The position numbers and the translations under genes were made by a program. Shown here piece by piece: positions 26,861 through 35,771 of a DNA stretch of 64,000 nt (positions within the stretch are counted from its first letter, which is position 1; every line of letters starts with the position of its first letter). The stretch is taken from assembly GCA_903892515.1 (NCBI GenBank), contig CAITIS010000057.1:143067-207066 (forward strand), given 5' to 3'. The DNA comes from an uncultured Planctomycetota bacterium (GTDB lineage Bacteria; Planctomycetota; Phycisphaerae; SM23-33). Under the pieces are notes generated by a model. The model saw only the letters and a program-made list of their open reading frames with translations. It did not search any database and was not told the DNA's origin.

Positions 26861-28456
26861 ATGGGCAAGAAGCCACACAGCCGAAACGGTGCAGGTCAGT
26901 CAGCCAAGGGTTCTTTCAGCCAAGTCGCTAAGGCCCCCTCGGCCAGCGTCGCGCTGGCCAAGTCCGAGCCGGGCGGTTCGCCCAAGCAGGATCTGTTGAC
27001 CATGGAAGAGGCCATCGACCAGCTCAAGACCACCAGGCCGTCGTTCTATCGCTGGTTGCGCGAGGGCAAGATCAAGGGTTTCAAGATCGGCCGGCAGTGG
27101 CGGTTCGAGCGGCAGGACATCGAACGGTTCTTGCAGGGGCTTGGCCCGCGGATCGACCTGCCCGTCAGCCCCGCGCCGCTGGTGCGGCAGTTGGAGGCGA
27201 AGCTCGCTGCCGTCGGCAAGCGCGTCGAGGCGGGACGTTTTCCCGACGATCCCGTGGCCGACGCGGTCTATCTGATGATCGCCCTGGCCTATCACCAGCG
27301 GGCCAGCGACATCCACATAACGCCGCAGTACGAATCGGGCGCGTGGTCGGCCGTCATGCGAACTCGCATCGACGGCGTGCTGCACGTGCAGGCCCAGGCC
27401 GACATCCGCCTGCTGCCGGCGCTAATGGAGCGCTGGAAAAGCCTGGCGGCCATGAGCGGCTTGGACAAGAACATGCCCCAGGATGGCCGGATGACCGTCA
27501 TGGTCGAGGGCACGGAAGCGGATCTTCGCACGTCGATCCTTCCGGCCCAAGGTGGCGAGGCGTTGACGGTGCGGCTGCTGCTGCGGCTTCAGGATCTTCT
27601 GACCTTCGACTTGAACAAGTTTGGCTTCGATCCGGCCGACCTGAAGCGGATCATCGAGGCCGTGCATGCCCCGCACGGCGTCATCGTCTGCAATGGCCCC
27701 TCGGGCAGCGGCAAGACCACGACGCTGTACGCCTGCCTGTCGATGCTGGCCGGGCCGGAGATAAAGACCCTGAGCGTCGAAGACCCGGTGGAATACATCC
27801 TGCCCTGGGTGACGCAAGTCTCGGCGAATTTCCAGGTCGGCCTGGGCTTTGCCCGCGCGGTGCGGGCTTTCCTGCGCTCCGATCCTGACGTCATCATGGT
27901 CGGAGAGATTCGCGACCTGGAGGTACTGGAGACCTGCATCCAGGCGGCCATGACGGGGCACTTGGTGATGACGCAACTTCACGCCACGGACTCGGCCTCG
28001 GCCTTGCGTCGGATGGTTGAGATCGGCTGCAAGCCTTTCATGGTCAGCGACGGCGTCCGGCTGGTCATTTCGCAGCGGCTGATTCGCCGGCTGTGCACCA
28101 AGTGCAGCAAGCCCGTGACGCTATCGGCCGAGGAAGAGGCGATGGTGGCCGAAGGCGCGGTTAGTGGCGGCTTGGCCTTGGCGACGCTGCCGCGCGAGTT
28201 CCGCCAGCCTGTGGGCTGCCCCGAGTGCGCGGGCACCGGGTATCGCGGCAGAGCGGTGGTGGCCGAGACGCTCAAGATCAGCGGCGCGATCGCCAAAGCA
28301 TTGCGTGACGAGGCCAACGTGGACGATCTACGCCGCTTGGCCATCTCCGAAGGCATGACCACCATGCGGGCCGACGGCATCCGCAAGGCCGCCCATGGCT
28401 TCACGTCGCTGCGCGAGGTGCAATGGGTCTGCGGCGCGGTCTGGGAAGGCAAATAA
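26861..28456 (+). CDS. Excisionase-like HTH fused to a PilB/GspE-family ATPase
   Basis: LLTMEEAIDQLKTTRPSFYRWLREGKIKGFKIGRQWRF; ASDIHI, RIDGVL, PQDGR, GPSGSGKT, VEDPVE, DPDVIMVGEIRD, TGHLVMTQLH, CxxC...CxxC. Confidence 0.88.
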   Translation: MGKKPHSRNGAGQSAKGSFSQVAKAPSASVALAKSEPGGSPKQDLLTMEEAIDQLKTTRPSFYRWLREGKIKGFKIGRQWRFERQDIERFLQGLGPRIDLPVSPAPLVRQLEAKLAAVGKRVEAGRFPDDPVADAVYLMIALAYHQRASDIHITPQYESGAWSAVMRTRIDGVLHVQAQADIRLLPALMERWKSLAAMSGLDKNMPQDGRMTVMVEGTEADLRTSILPAQGGEALTVRLLLRLQDLLTFDLNKFGFDPADLKRIIEAVHAPHGVIVCNGPSGSGKTTTLYACLSMLAGPEIKTLSVEDPVEYILPWVTQVSANFQVGLGFARAVRAFLRSDPDVIMVGEIRDLEVLETCIQAAMTGHLVMTQLHATDSASALRRMVEIGCKPFMVSDGVRLVISQRLIRRLCTKCSKPVTLSAEEEAMVAEGAVSGGLALATLPREFRQPVGCPECAGTGYRGRAVVAETLKISGAIAKALRDEANVDDLRRLAISEGMTTMRADGIRKAAHGFTSLREVQWVCGAVWEGK

Positions 28457-28862
28457 TGTTCTGGAAGCACGCTTTACTGGGTGCCATAGGTTGAGTCGGC
28501 AAGGGTGCCATAGGTTGAGCCGCGCTGTCTGGCGGCTCTACCTATGCCGGGGGTGCCGTGGCCGCGGCGTCCAGCGGCCACGCCGGTAGTGCTATGCTTG
28601 ACGTCGGGCATAGGCAGTCCCGCCTTCGCAAGAAAGCGCGAAGCCGTGCCAGCCTATGGCACCCAGCTATGCCACCTACCCATGACCCACCTGTGGCATC
28701 CACCGCTCCAGTGGGTGGCATGGTCACCCTTTCGTTGGGGTGACCATGTGTGGACCCGCTAAGGGAACTTTTCGTCTGAACATGGTCACGCGAACAGCGC
28801 GACCATGCCACCCAGCTATGCCACCCGTCCCAGGGAAGAATACTGCCGTCGCGGGCGCAAGT

Positions 28863-28889
28863 TAAACCATCTCGCAAAACTTCCGATAA
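28863..28889 (+). promoter_or_regulatory. Sigma28 (FliA)-type promoter
   Basis: TAAA-N15-TCCGATAA. Confidence 0.65.
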
Positions 28890-28933
28890 TAGACTTTGGG
28901 TCAAGATCGGGCTTCCGGAGAGGAAGTCACTAG

Positions 28934-29773
28934 ATGATGGTTAGTGCTCTCGCTACGTCTGCGGGCGTCCTGGTGGACGCTCTGACAGGTCGGCCCAGGC
29001 TGCGCGCAGCCGGGTGCGAGGTAATTCATCTGCGCCTGGCGCTGCCCGGTGGGCCCATGGCGTTCCATCTGGCTGCGCCGGAGCGGCCGGTTCGCCTGAG
29101 CGAACTGGTCCCCGTGTGCCGGTACCTGTCGAGTCAGATCATGCAATCCGCCGTGCACGATGCCGGCGCGACCGGCGAGAGCGTCGCCTGCCGCAAGGGC
29201 TGCTCGGCCTGCTGCCACTATCTCGTGCCGCTGTCGGTGCCCGAGTCCTTATGGTTGTACGAGCACGTCCAGGCCTTGCCGTCGGCGCGGCGCCGCACGG
29301 TCATGCGGGCTTTTACGGTTGCGGCCGCAAAGCTGTTTTCCGGCGGCCGGTTGCCCATGCTTTCCAGCCAGGACAGCCAGAGCGAAGAAATCGGCCGCGT
29401 TTCTGAGTGGTACCGGGCGCTGGATTTGGCCTGCCCGCTCCTGCGCGAGCACCTGTGCTCGGTCTACGCCACCAGGCCGCTGGCGTGCCGCGAGCACGTG
29501 ATGCTGACCGATCCTTCGGGCTGCACCAACCCTTCGGCCACGGCCGGGCAGCGGGTGATCATGCCCGCGAGCCTGGTGAATTGCCTGGCCGAAGTGACGG
29601 CCGAGCTGGAGCAGCGGCCGATCGAGTCGGTCCTGCTGCCCCTGACGATGCACTGGGTGCGGGCCAACCTGGGCCGATTCCGCCACACCTGGCCGGCGCC
29701 GCTGCTGGTGAAGATGCTGGCAGAACGCCTCACCGCGGCTGTGAGGGCGGCTGAAGCTTCCGGCAAGCTGTAA
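28934..29773 (+). CDS. YkgJ/FliB-like CxxxCxxCC cysteine-cluster protein
   Basis: CRKGCSACC, CPLL....CSVYATRPLACR. Confidence 0.8.
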   Translation: MMVSALATSAGVLVDALTGRPRLRAAGCEVIHLRLALPGGPMAFHLAAPERPVRLSELVPVCRYLSSQIMQSAVHDAGATGESVACRKGCSACCHYLVPLSVPESLWLYEHVQALPSARRRTVMRAFTVAAAKLFSGGRLPMLSSQDSQSEEIGRVSEWYRALDLACPLLREHLCSVYATRPLACREHVMLTDPSGCTNPSATAGQRVIMPASLVNCLAEVTAELEQRPIESVLLPLTMHWVRANLGRFRHTWPAPLLVKMLAERLTAAVRAAEASGKL

Positions 29774-30015
29774 GGTGGGGGCACCTCTTCTCATTCCTTC
29801 TTCTGTTAGCCCGGCAGGGCGTCTGAAAGTAGCCCCGTCCCGCAGCGTAGCAAGGGCGGGGTAGCGTGTTCAACATAGCCCCGAAACCGGAAACTTCAAG
29901 ATTCTGTGGCCCGTCTTGACCGCAGATATGGGTGCGGGACGCTCGGATTGCCCCACATGTTGGGTTTTGCGGCTTGGCTAGGGGGTAGCCCCTAAGGATT
30001 TTCTTCCCACTGCCC

Positions 30016-30042
30016 TCAAGTTATCCAGCTTCACATCGACAA
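30016..30042 (+). promoter_or_regulatory. Sigma28-type promoter of fliC
   Basis: TCAA-N15-ATCGACAA. Confidence 0.6.
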
Positions 30043-30131
30043 TGACCCGTAGAAGACACGGCCCATGGGCCGAGCGTGGCTAAAACGCATGCTGCGGAGC
30101 CTGCACCACGCGGGTAAAAGTGGAGAAGAAC

Positions 30132-31307
30132 ATGTTATCGATCAAGAACAACATGATGTCTGCGAACGCTGCACGGCACTTGGGCATTAACTATGATTCG
30201 CTGGCCACGTCAGTCGAAAGACTGTCTTCCGGCCTGCGTATCAACTCGGCCAAGGACGACGCCGCCGGCATGGCCGTCAACGAAGGCATTCGTGCCGACG
30301 TGGCCACGCTGCAGCAGGGCTCACGTAACGCTCAGGACGGCATCAGCATGTTGCAGACCGCTGAAGGCGCCATGTCCGTTATCGACGATAACCTGGTCCG
30401 CATGAAGGAACTGGCCGAGCAGGCCTCGACCGATTCGTATTCGGCGCCCCAGAAGTCCATCATGAACCAGGAATTCCAGCAGCTGTCCGCCGAAATCACG
30501 CGTATTGCCAACTCGACGTCGTTCAACGGCATCACCATGCTGAACAGCACCAGCACCATGGCGATCAACGTCGGGTCTGCGCAGACCATCGACGTCACCT
30601 GCCAGAAGATGGACGCGACCACCCTGGGCGTGGGCTCCACCAAGTCCACCGCCACGCTGCTGGCTGGCGTGGCCGACGCGACGAACACCGGCTTCATCAC
30701 GACGGCTGACACCAACTCGCTAACGATCACGTTCCAGGGCGAGTCCGCCATCGTGGTGAATTGGTTGACCGCGTCCGGCAACACCGGCGCCACCAGCCTG
30801 AACACAGTCGTCAGCCAGATCAACAGTGCCTCGCGGGCGGTCAGCGGCTATGACGCCGCAGCGGCCGTGTTCGACAACGCCTCGGGCCTGTACAGCCTGC
30901 AGCTCAAGGCCAAGGATGGCGGCGTCAAGACCATCACCATCGCGAACTCGGGCGCTGGCAGCCTGGCCACCGCCAACTTCAATAAGGTGACTGGCACGAC
31001 CGCCCTGGACATCACAAGTTCGGTCAATGCCGGCCAGGCCCTGACTAACCTGTCCGCCGCCATCAACACCAAGGACACGTACCGCGCGTCCCTGGGCTAC
31101 ATGATGAACCGTCTGCAGTCCGCCGTTCGCGTTGTGGACATTCAGGCGGAAAACCTCAAGACGGCAAGTTCGCGTATCAGTGACGTTGACGTTGCCACCG
31201 AGATGGCGAACATGACCCGCACGAACGTGTTGGCCCAGGCCGGCATCTCCATGTTGACGCAGGCCAACAACATGCCGCAGATGGCGACGCAGTTGCTCCG
31301 CGGCTAA
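30132..31307 (+). CDS. fliC: Flagellin
   Basis: ERLSSGLRINSAKDDAAG, RASLGYMMNRL, SRISDVDVATEM, QAGISMLTQAN. Confidence 0.98.
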   Translation: MLSIKNNMMSANAARHLGINYDSLATSVERLSSGLRINSAKDDAAGMAVNEGIRADVATLQQGSRNAQDGISMLQTAEGAMSVIDDNLVRMKELAEQASTDSYSAPQKSIMNQEFQQLSAEITRIANSTSFNGITMLNSTSTMAINVGSAQTIDVTCQKMDATTLGVGSTKSTATLLAGVADATNTGFITTADTNSLTITFQGESAIVVNWLTASGNTGATSLNTVVSQINSASRAVSGYDAAAAVFDNASGLYSLQLKAKDGGVKTITIANSGAGSLATANFNKVTGTTALDITSSVNAGQALTNLSAAINTKDTYRASLGYMMNRLQSAVRVVDIQAENLKTASSRISDVDVATEMANMTRTNVLAQAGISMLTQANNMPQMATQLLRG

Positions 31308-31392
31308 GTGATGTAAGCGTAATGCAGGCCCGGCGTAGAACCCTTTAGCGGTTCGCACCCGATCCGACCCAACGTCAGGGCCTGAAAGAACG

Positions 31393-31452
31393 GCAGCCAC
31401 AGTGGTGAACATGGACCTCAACCCGTCCTCCACCTCTGTGGCTGTCTTTGTT
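31393..31452 (+). terminator. Probable terminator hairpin after fliC
   Basis: GGCAGCCACAG...CTGTGGCTGTC-TTTGTT. Confidence 0.5.
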
Positions 31453-31466
31453 GCGCCCAAATCGCC

Positions 31467-31493
31467 TCAAGTCCTGGGCGTCTGTAACGACAA
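31467..31493 (+). promoter_or_regulatory. Sigma28-type promoter of fliD-fliS
   Basis: TCAA-N15-AACGACAA. Confidence 0.55.
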
Positions 31494-31610
31494 TAGAAGC
31501 AGAAGCGAGTTCTTAGTTGTGAGTTCCTAGTTGGGAGTCCTTGTGCGGGGCCCGGCCCCCTAGGAACTAAGAACTAGGAACTAAGAACTCGCCGAGCGAA
31601 GGACGGCAGA

Positions 31611-33344
31611 ATGTCAACCATAACCAGCGGCATCAGTTCTCTGAGCGGCTCGTCCGGAATGGCCGGCGTGTTTTCCGGGATCAATACCGACACGCTGGTC
31701 CAGCGGGACATGGCCATCGCCCAGATTCCGATGAGCGAACTGACCACGCAGAAGCAGACGATCACCAGCAAAGAGACGGCCCTGAGCGACCTGACCGCGC
31801 AGGTCAAGGCCGTCCAGGCCGCCGCCGACCGGCTGCGGAGCGCCGCTGGCCTTCGTGCCACCACCGTCAACGTCTCGGACACGACCGTTGCCACCGCCAC
31901 ATCTACCGGCGGGGCGTTGAGCGGCTCGCACACAATCGTGGTGGGCGGGTTGGCGACGGCCAAGCGGCAGGTACATGGCGGCGTGGCAGCCGTGGACACC
32001 AAGGTCGGCGCCGGCGCCTTTAGCTACACGTACAAGGCCGGGCAGGCCGATGCCGTCACGCGCACGGTCTACACCACGGCCGATAGCACCGTGACGGACT
32101 TGCAGAACCTCATCAACAACGACGCCGGCAACCCGGGCGTGACGGCCAGTATCCTGAACTACAATGACGGTTCGGGCGGGCAGTATCACCTGGTGCTGTC
32201 GGGGCATGACAGCGGCTCGACGTTCAACGCTGTCGTGAACGACACAGCCACTACCTTGGATGGCTCCAACGGAACAGTGGATTTTCGCCAGGCGTCATTT
32301 TTGGAGACGCAGCAGGCCCAGGACGCCAAGATTCGCGTGGACGGCTACCCGGTCGATCCTGCCTGGATGACGCGTAGCAGCAACAGCATCACCGACGTGA
32401 TTCCCGGCCTGACGCTCACTCTCCAGAAGCTTGGCACGACCAACGTGACGGTGTCGCAGGATACGAACAGTTTCAAGAACAACCTGCAAAGCCTCGTGAC
32501 GGCGTACAACGCCGCGCAGGCCAAGTTTGCCCAGTACACCGGCTACGACACTGCGACCAAGACCAGCGGCTTGCTGCAGGGCGACTCCGTCACTAACAAC
32601 ATGCTCTTCCAGTTGCGGGCTCCGCTGACGGCGATGGCCAGCGGCTTTGTGCAGGGAACGGATTCTTTCCTCGGGCCGGCCGACATCGGCATGAGCGTGG
32701 ACAAGAACGGGCAGCTTGCCATTGACCAGGACAAACTCAGCGCGGCGCTGACCAAGAACTACGACGGCGTGCTGAACCTGGTGGGCGCCCAGTGCAGGGG
32801 CATGTCCAGTGATTCGCACATCCAGTTCAACTCCGCGGCGTTAGTGACGACCAGCGGGGCGTACCAGGTGGAGATCGACTTTACCGATGGCGTGCCATCG
32901 GCCGCTCGGATTCGCAAGGCCGGCGAGACGGAGTGGCGAACGGCCGAGATCTCAGGCACCACCATCACCGGCAAGACGGGCAGCCCGGAACAGGGGCTGT
33001 CGCTGACGGCGGTGTGGGATGGCACTAGCACGACGCAGACCGCCACGGTCAACGTGCAAAAAGGCTTTGCCGGCGCGGTATACGACAATGCAAACCTCAT
33101 TCTTGACCCTGTCTCGGGCACGATGACCAGCAAGAAGAAGCAGTATGACGACGCGCTGGCGCAGGTCGGCAAGCAGATCGACAGCGAACAGGCCAGACTC
33201 GATCAGCTCCAAGTGACGCTAAAGGCTAAGTATGCCCGCATGGAAACGACGTTGACGCAGTTGGATTCCTTCCGGGCGGCGTATGCCTCGCTGACGGGCA
33301 CGACCTCGAGTTCCTCCAGTTCATCAAGCTCTTCCAGCTCCTAA
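31611..33344 (+). CDS. fliD: Flagellar filament cap protein
   Basis: GVFSGINTDTLV, QQAQDAKIRVDG, RSSNSITDVIPGLTLTL, KAKYARMETTL. Confidence 0.93.
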   Translation: MSTITSGISSLSGSSGMAGVFSGINTDTLVQRDMAIAQIPMSELTTQKQTITSKETALSDLTAQVKAVQAAADRLRSAAGLRATTVNVSDTTVATATSTGGALSGSHTIVVGGLATAKRQVHGGVAAVDTKVGAGAFSYTYKAGQADAVTRTVYTTADSTVTDLQNLINNDAGNPGVTASILNYNDGSGGQYHLVLSGHDSGSTFNAVVNDTATTLDGSNGTVDFRQASFLETQQAQDAKIRVDGYPVDPAWMTRSSNSITDVIPGLTLTLQKLGTTNVTVSQDTNSFKNNLQSLVTAYNAAQAKFAQYTGYDTATKTSGLLQGDSVTNNMLFQLRAPLTAMASGFVQGTDSFLGPADIGMSVDKNGQLAIDQDKLSAALTKNYDGVLNLVGAQCRGMSSDSHIQFNSAALVTTSGAYQVEIDFTDGVPSAARIRKAGETEWRTAEISGTTITGKTGSPEQGLSLTAVWDGTSTTQTATVNVQKGFAGAVYDNANLILDPVSGTMTSKKKQYDDALAQVGKQIDSEQARLDQLQVTLKAKYARMETTLTQLDSFRAAYASLTGTTSSSSSSSSSSSS

Positions 33345-33358
33345 TAGGACGCAATACC

Positions 33359-33718
33359 ATGGATGGCATCGCAGCTTACCAGGAAATAGGGATTCTGACG
33401 CAGACGCCGGGCCGGCTGGTCGTGATGTTGTACGACGGCGCGCTCAAGGCCTTGCGGCAGGGGATTATCGCGATCGAAGAAAAGGACTTCGAGCGCAAGG
33501 CCAAGTGCTTTGGCAAGGCCATTGCGATCATTCACGAACTCAACGGCGCGCTGGACATGCAGGTCGGCGGCGAGCTCGCTGACAACCTCCGGCGGCTGTA
33601 CCTGTTCATGATCGACCGGCTCAACGACGCCAGTGTCACCCTGGACACCAGGTCTATTGAACGCGTCATTACGCTGTTGGACGAGTTGAACGGCGCCTGG
33701 AAGGAAATCGCTTCGTAA
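33359..33718 (+). CDS. fliS: Flagellin chaperone
   Basis: TPGRLVVMLYDGAL, ELNGALDM.GGELADNLRRLY, AWKEI. Confidence 0.95.
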   Translation: MDGIAAYQEIGILTQTPGRLVVMLYDGALKALRQGIIAIEEKDFERKAKCFGKAIAIIHELNGALDMQVGGELADNLRRLYLFMIDRLNDASVTLDTRSIERVITLLDELNGAWKEIAS

Positions 33719-33911
33719 AGCAGGCCGGAGGTCGGAGGCCTGAGGCCTGAGGCCGGAGGGGTGCCACACCTGCGGAGTATGCAGGTGTGCGGGCTGATCT
33801 CACGGCAAACGTCGCAGCCGTGGCACCTGGCCGGAGAGACTCCCCCCGCACGCGTGCAACCAGTTGCACGCCCTACGCCCTACAGCCTACCCCCTATGCC
33901 CTGCCTCTATC

Positions 33912-34412
33912 TCACATGATGATTCGCCCGGCGGAATCCGTCTCCAGCCGGGTGATGCCGGGGTGCTGAAACTCCAGATCTTGCAGAATGTGGCTTTGCC
34001 GCCTGACGGCCGACTGGGCCATGGCCAGCTTGTGCGCCATTACGTCCCTGCTGGAGACCATTCCCGCCACCGCGTTGTTGTCCACGATGGGCAGGTGCCG
34101 AATGTGGTGCTGGGCCATCATGCGTTCGGCCTGATCCAGGTCGGTCTGCGGCGTGCAGGTATGCACGTTCTTGACCATGATGTCGGCCACGGGGGTCTTG
34201 GCGGGGTTGAGGTTCGCGGCCACCACTTTGCCCAGGACGTCGCGTTCGGTCACGATGCCTAGCAGGTGGTTGTCGCTTCCCAGCACGACCAGGCTGCCGA
34301 TTCCATGCTTGGACATGAGTTGGGCCGCGGCCACAACGGTGTCGGTGAGAGTAATGGAGACAAGCGTTGCATCGCGTTTGACCAGTCGTTCGATACGGCT
34401 AACGGCTGCCAT
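33912..34412 (-). CDS. CBS-pair protein
   Basis: M.KHGIGSLVV...GIVTERDV, IRHLPIVD...GMVSSRDV. Confidence 0.88.
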   Translation of the reverse strand: MAAVSRIERLVKRDATLVSITLTDTVVAAAQLMSKHGIGSLVVLGSDNHLLGIVTERDVLGKVVAANLNPAKTPVADIMVKNVHTCTPQTDLDQAERMMAQHHIRHLPIVDNNAVAGMVSSRDVMAHKLAMAQSAVRRQSHILQDLEFQHPGITRLETDSAGRIIM

Positions 34413-34454
34413 GATCTTCTCGCATTCACGGATTGCACCCGGGACCCAAGGTGA

Positions 34455-34482
34455 ACATCGGCCCGCCAAGGCAGGCGGTTGA
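34455..34482 (-). promoter_or_regulatory. Sigma28-type promoter of the CBS gene
   Basis: Minus strand TCAA-N16-GCCGATGT. Confidence 0.45.
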
Positions 34483-34539
34483 GTTGCGCCGGTAGTGGTC
34501 GGCCTGATTTTCCGAGTGCGGGGATTTCCGAGGGCTGCT

Positions 34540-34566
34540 TAAGGGGCGTCGCGCACTGGTCGATAG
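34540..34566 (+). promoter_or_regulatory. Sigma28-type promoter of the che operon
   Basis: TAAG-N15-GTCGATAG. Confidence 0.55.
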
Positions 34567-34749
34567 CTAGCACGTCGGAATTAGGGTTGCGAGCCAAGGC
34601 GGTGCGCCGATGGTTCGCGGTTGTGCATGGTATTATCTGGGCGTGTCGGGCAAGGCCAGCACTGGCCTTGGCGGCGCGCGTCGTTTCTGCCTGCAGGGCC
34701 GTCCCGGCCCATGTCTGGGCCTGTACTTTCCCTCCAATCGAGGAACACG

Positions 34750-35190
34750 ATGATGGAAATCCGCGCATTGGTCGTAGACGACTCCGCCATCATGCGAAAG
34801 CTGGTGATGCGGTCGCTGGTGGAGAGCAAGATGGCGCTGTTCCTGTTCACCGAGGCCAAGGACGGGCAAGACGCGGTGTCCCAGTTCGACGTCGAGAACA
34901 CGGACATGATCTTCGTGGACTGGAACATGCCCAACATGACGGGCATCGAGATGGTGCATGAGATCCGCGCCCGCCAGAAGCGGCACGTGCCGATCGTGAT
35001 GATCACCACCGAAAGCACCATGGCCAGGGTTGAAGAGGCGCTGGCCGCCGGCGGTGTCGATTCGTATGTCATCAAACCTTTTACCCCCGACGTGGTGCGG
35101 CAGAAGGTCGAGCCGCTGCTGGACAAGATGGCCGAGGCCAAGAAGGCCGGCGGAAGCTTCTTCAGCAAGCTGGCGGGAAAGTTGTCTTAA
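34750..35190 (+). CDS. cheY: CheY-like response regulator
   Basis: LVVDDS, DWNMPNMTG, MITTE, IKPF; extra C-terminal tail. Confidence 0.88.
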   Translation: MMEIRALVVDDSAIMRKLVMRSLVESKMALFLFTEAKDGQDAVSQFDVENTDMIFVDWNMPNMTGIEMVHEIRARQKRHVPIVMITTESTMARVEEALAAGGVDSYVIKPFTPDVVRQKVEPLLDKMAEAKKAGGSFFSKLAGKLS

Positions 35191-35225
35191 CCCGACCCAA
35201 CGTTCTCCAACAAGGAATTGCGAGT

Positions 35226-35735
35226 ATGGAAACGGCGGTACAAACAGAAAAGGGGAGTCTCTTAATGCATAGCGATTGCGTTCCAGAGGCGGTCATTTCG
35301 GTCTTTGCGGCCACATGTGGCACGGCGGTAGCTCCCGACCCGTCATCGGCGGATGAAGCGTTCGCCGACAGCACCGTCATGGCCGTCATCTCGCTGGTTG
35401 GCGAAGTGGAGTGGACGTTGTTCCTGGACTTGCCCGCCCCCAGCGCCTGCCTGCTGGCGGCCAAATTTGCCGGCTTTGAGATTCCCTTCGACAGCGCCGA
35501 CATGGGCGACGCCATTGGCGAACTGGCCAACATCCTGGCCGGTGACATCAAGGCCCGCCTGGATAGCCGCGGCGTTCGCGCCGACCTGTCCCTGCCCAGC
35601 GTGCTGCGCGGCGAACACGTGAACCTTGTGCTGCAAAAGGGCCTGCCACGCAATAAATGGCTGTTCGCCTGCCCGGCCGGCAAGATCCGCGCCGGCATCG
35701 TGGCCGGCCGACAGGTGCTCGGCGCAAAGGGCTAG
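35226..35735 (+). CDS. cheX: CheX-family phosphatase
   Basis: DAIGELANILAG (ExxN), LSLPSV. Confidence 0.85.
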   Translation: METAVQTEKGSLLMHSDCVPEAVISVFAATCGTAVAPDPSSADEAFADSTVMAVISLVGEVEWTLFLDLPAPSACLLAAKFAGFEIPFDSADMGDAIGELANILAGDIKARLDSRGVRADLSLPSVLRGEHVNLVLQKGLPRNKWLFACPAGKIRAGIVAGRQVLGAKG

Positions 35736-35771
35736 CAGCAATACCGCTGCCTGGCCACGGAGTCAGAGTCT

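Noticed and set aside
26861-27140. Prophage or ICE excisionase
   Set aside because: The HTH is fused in frame to an ATPase; there is no integrase, att site or phage gene in the window
33295-33344. Poly-Ser tail of FliD as a special feature
   Set aside because: Mixed Ser codons in a low-complexity terminus; no functional signal visible
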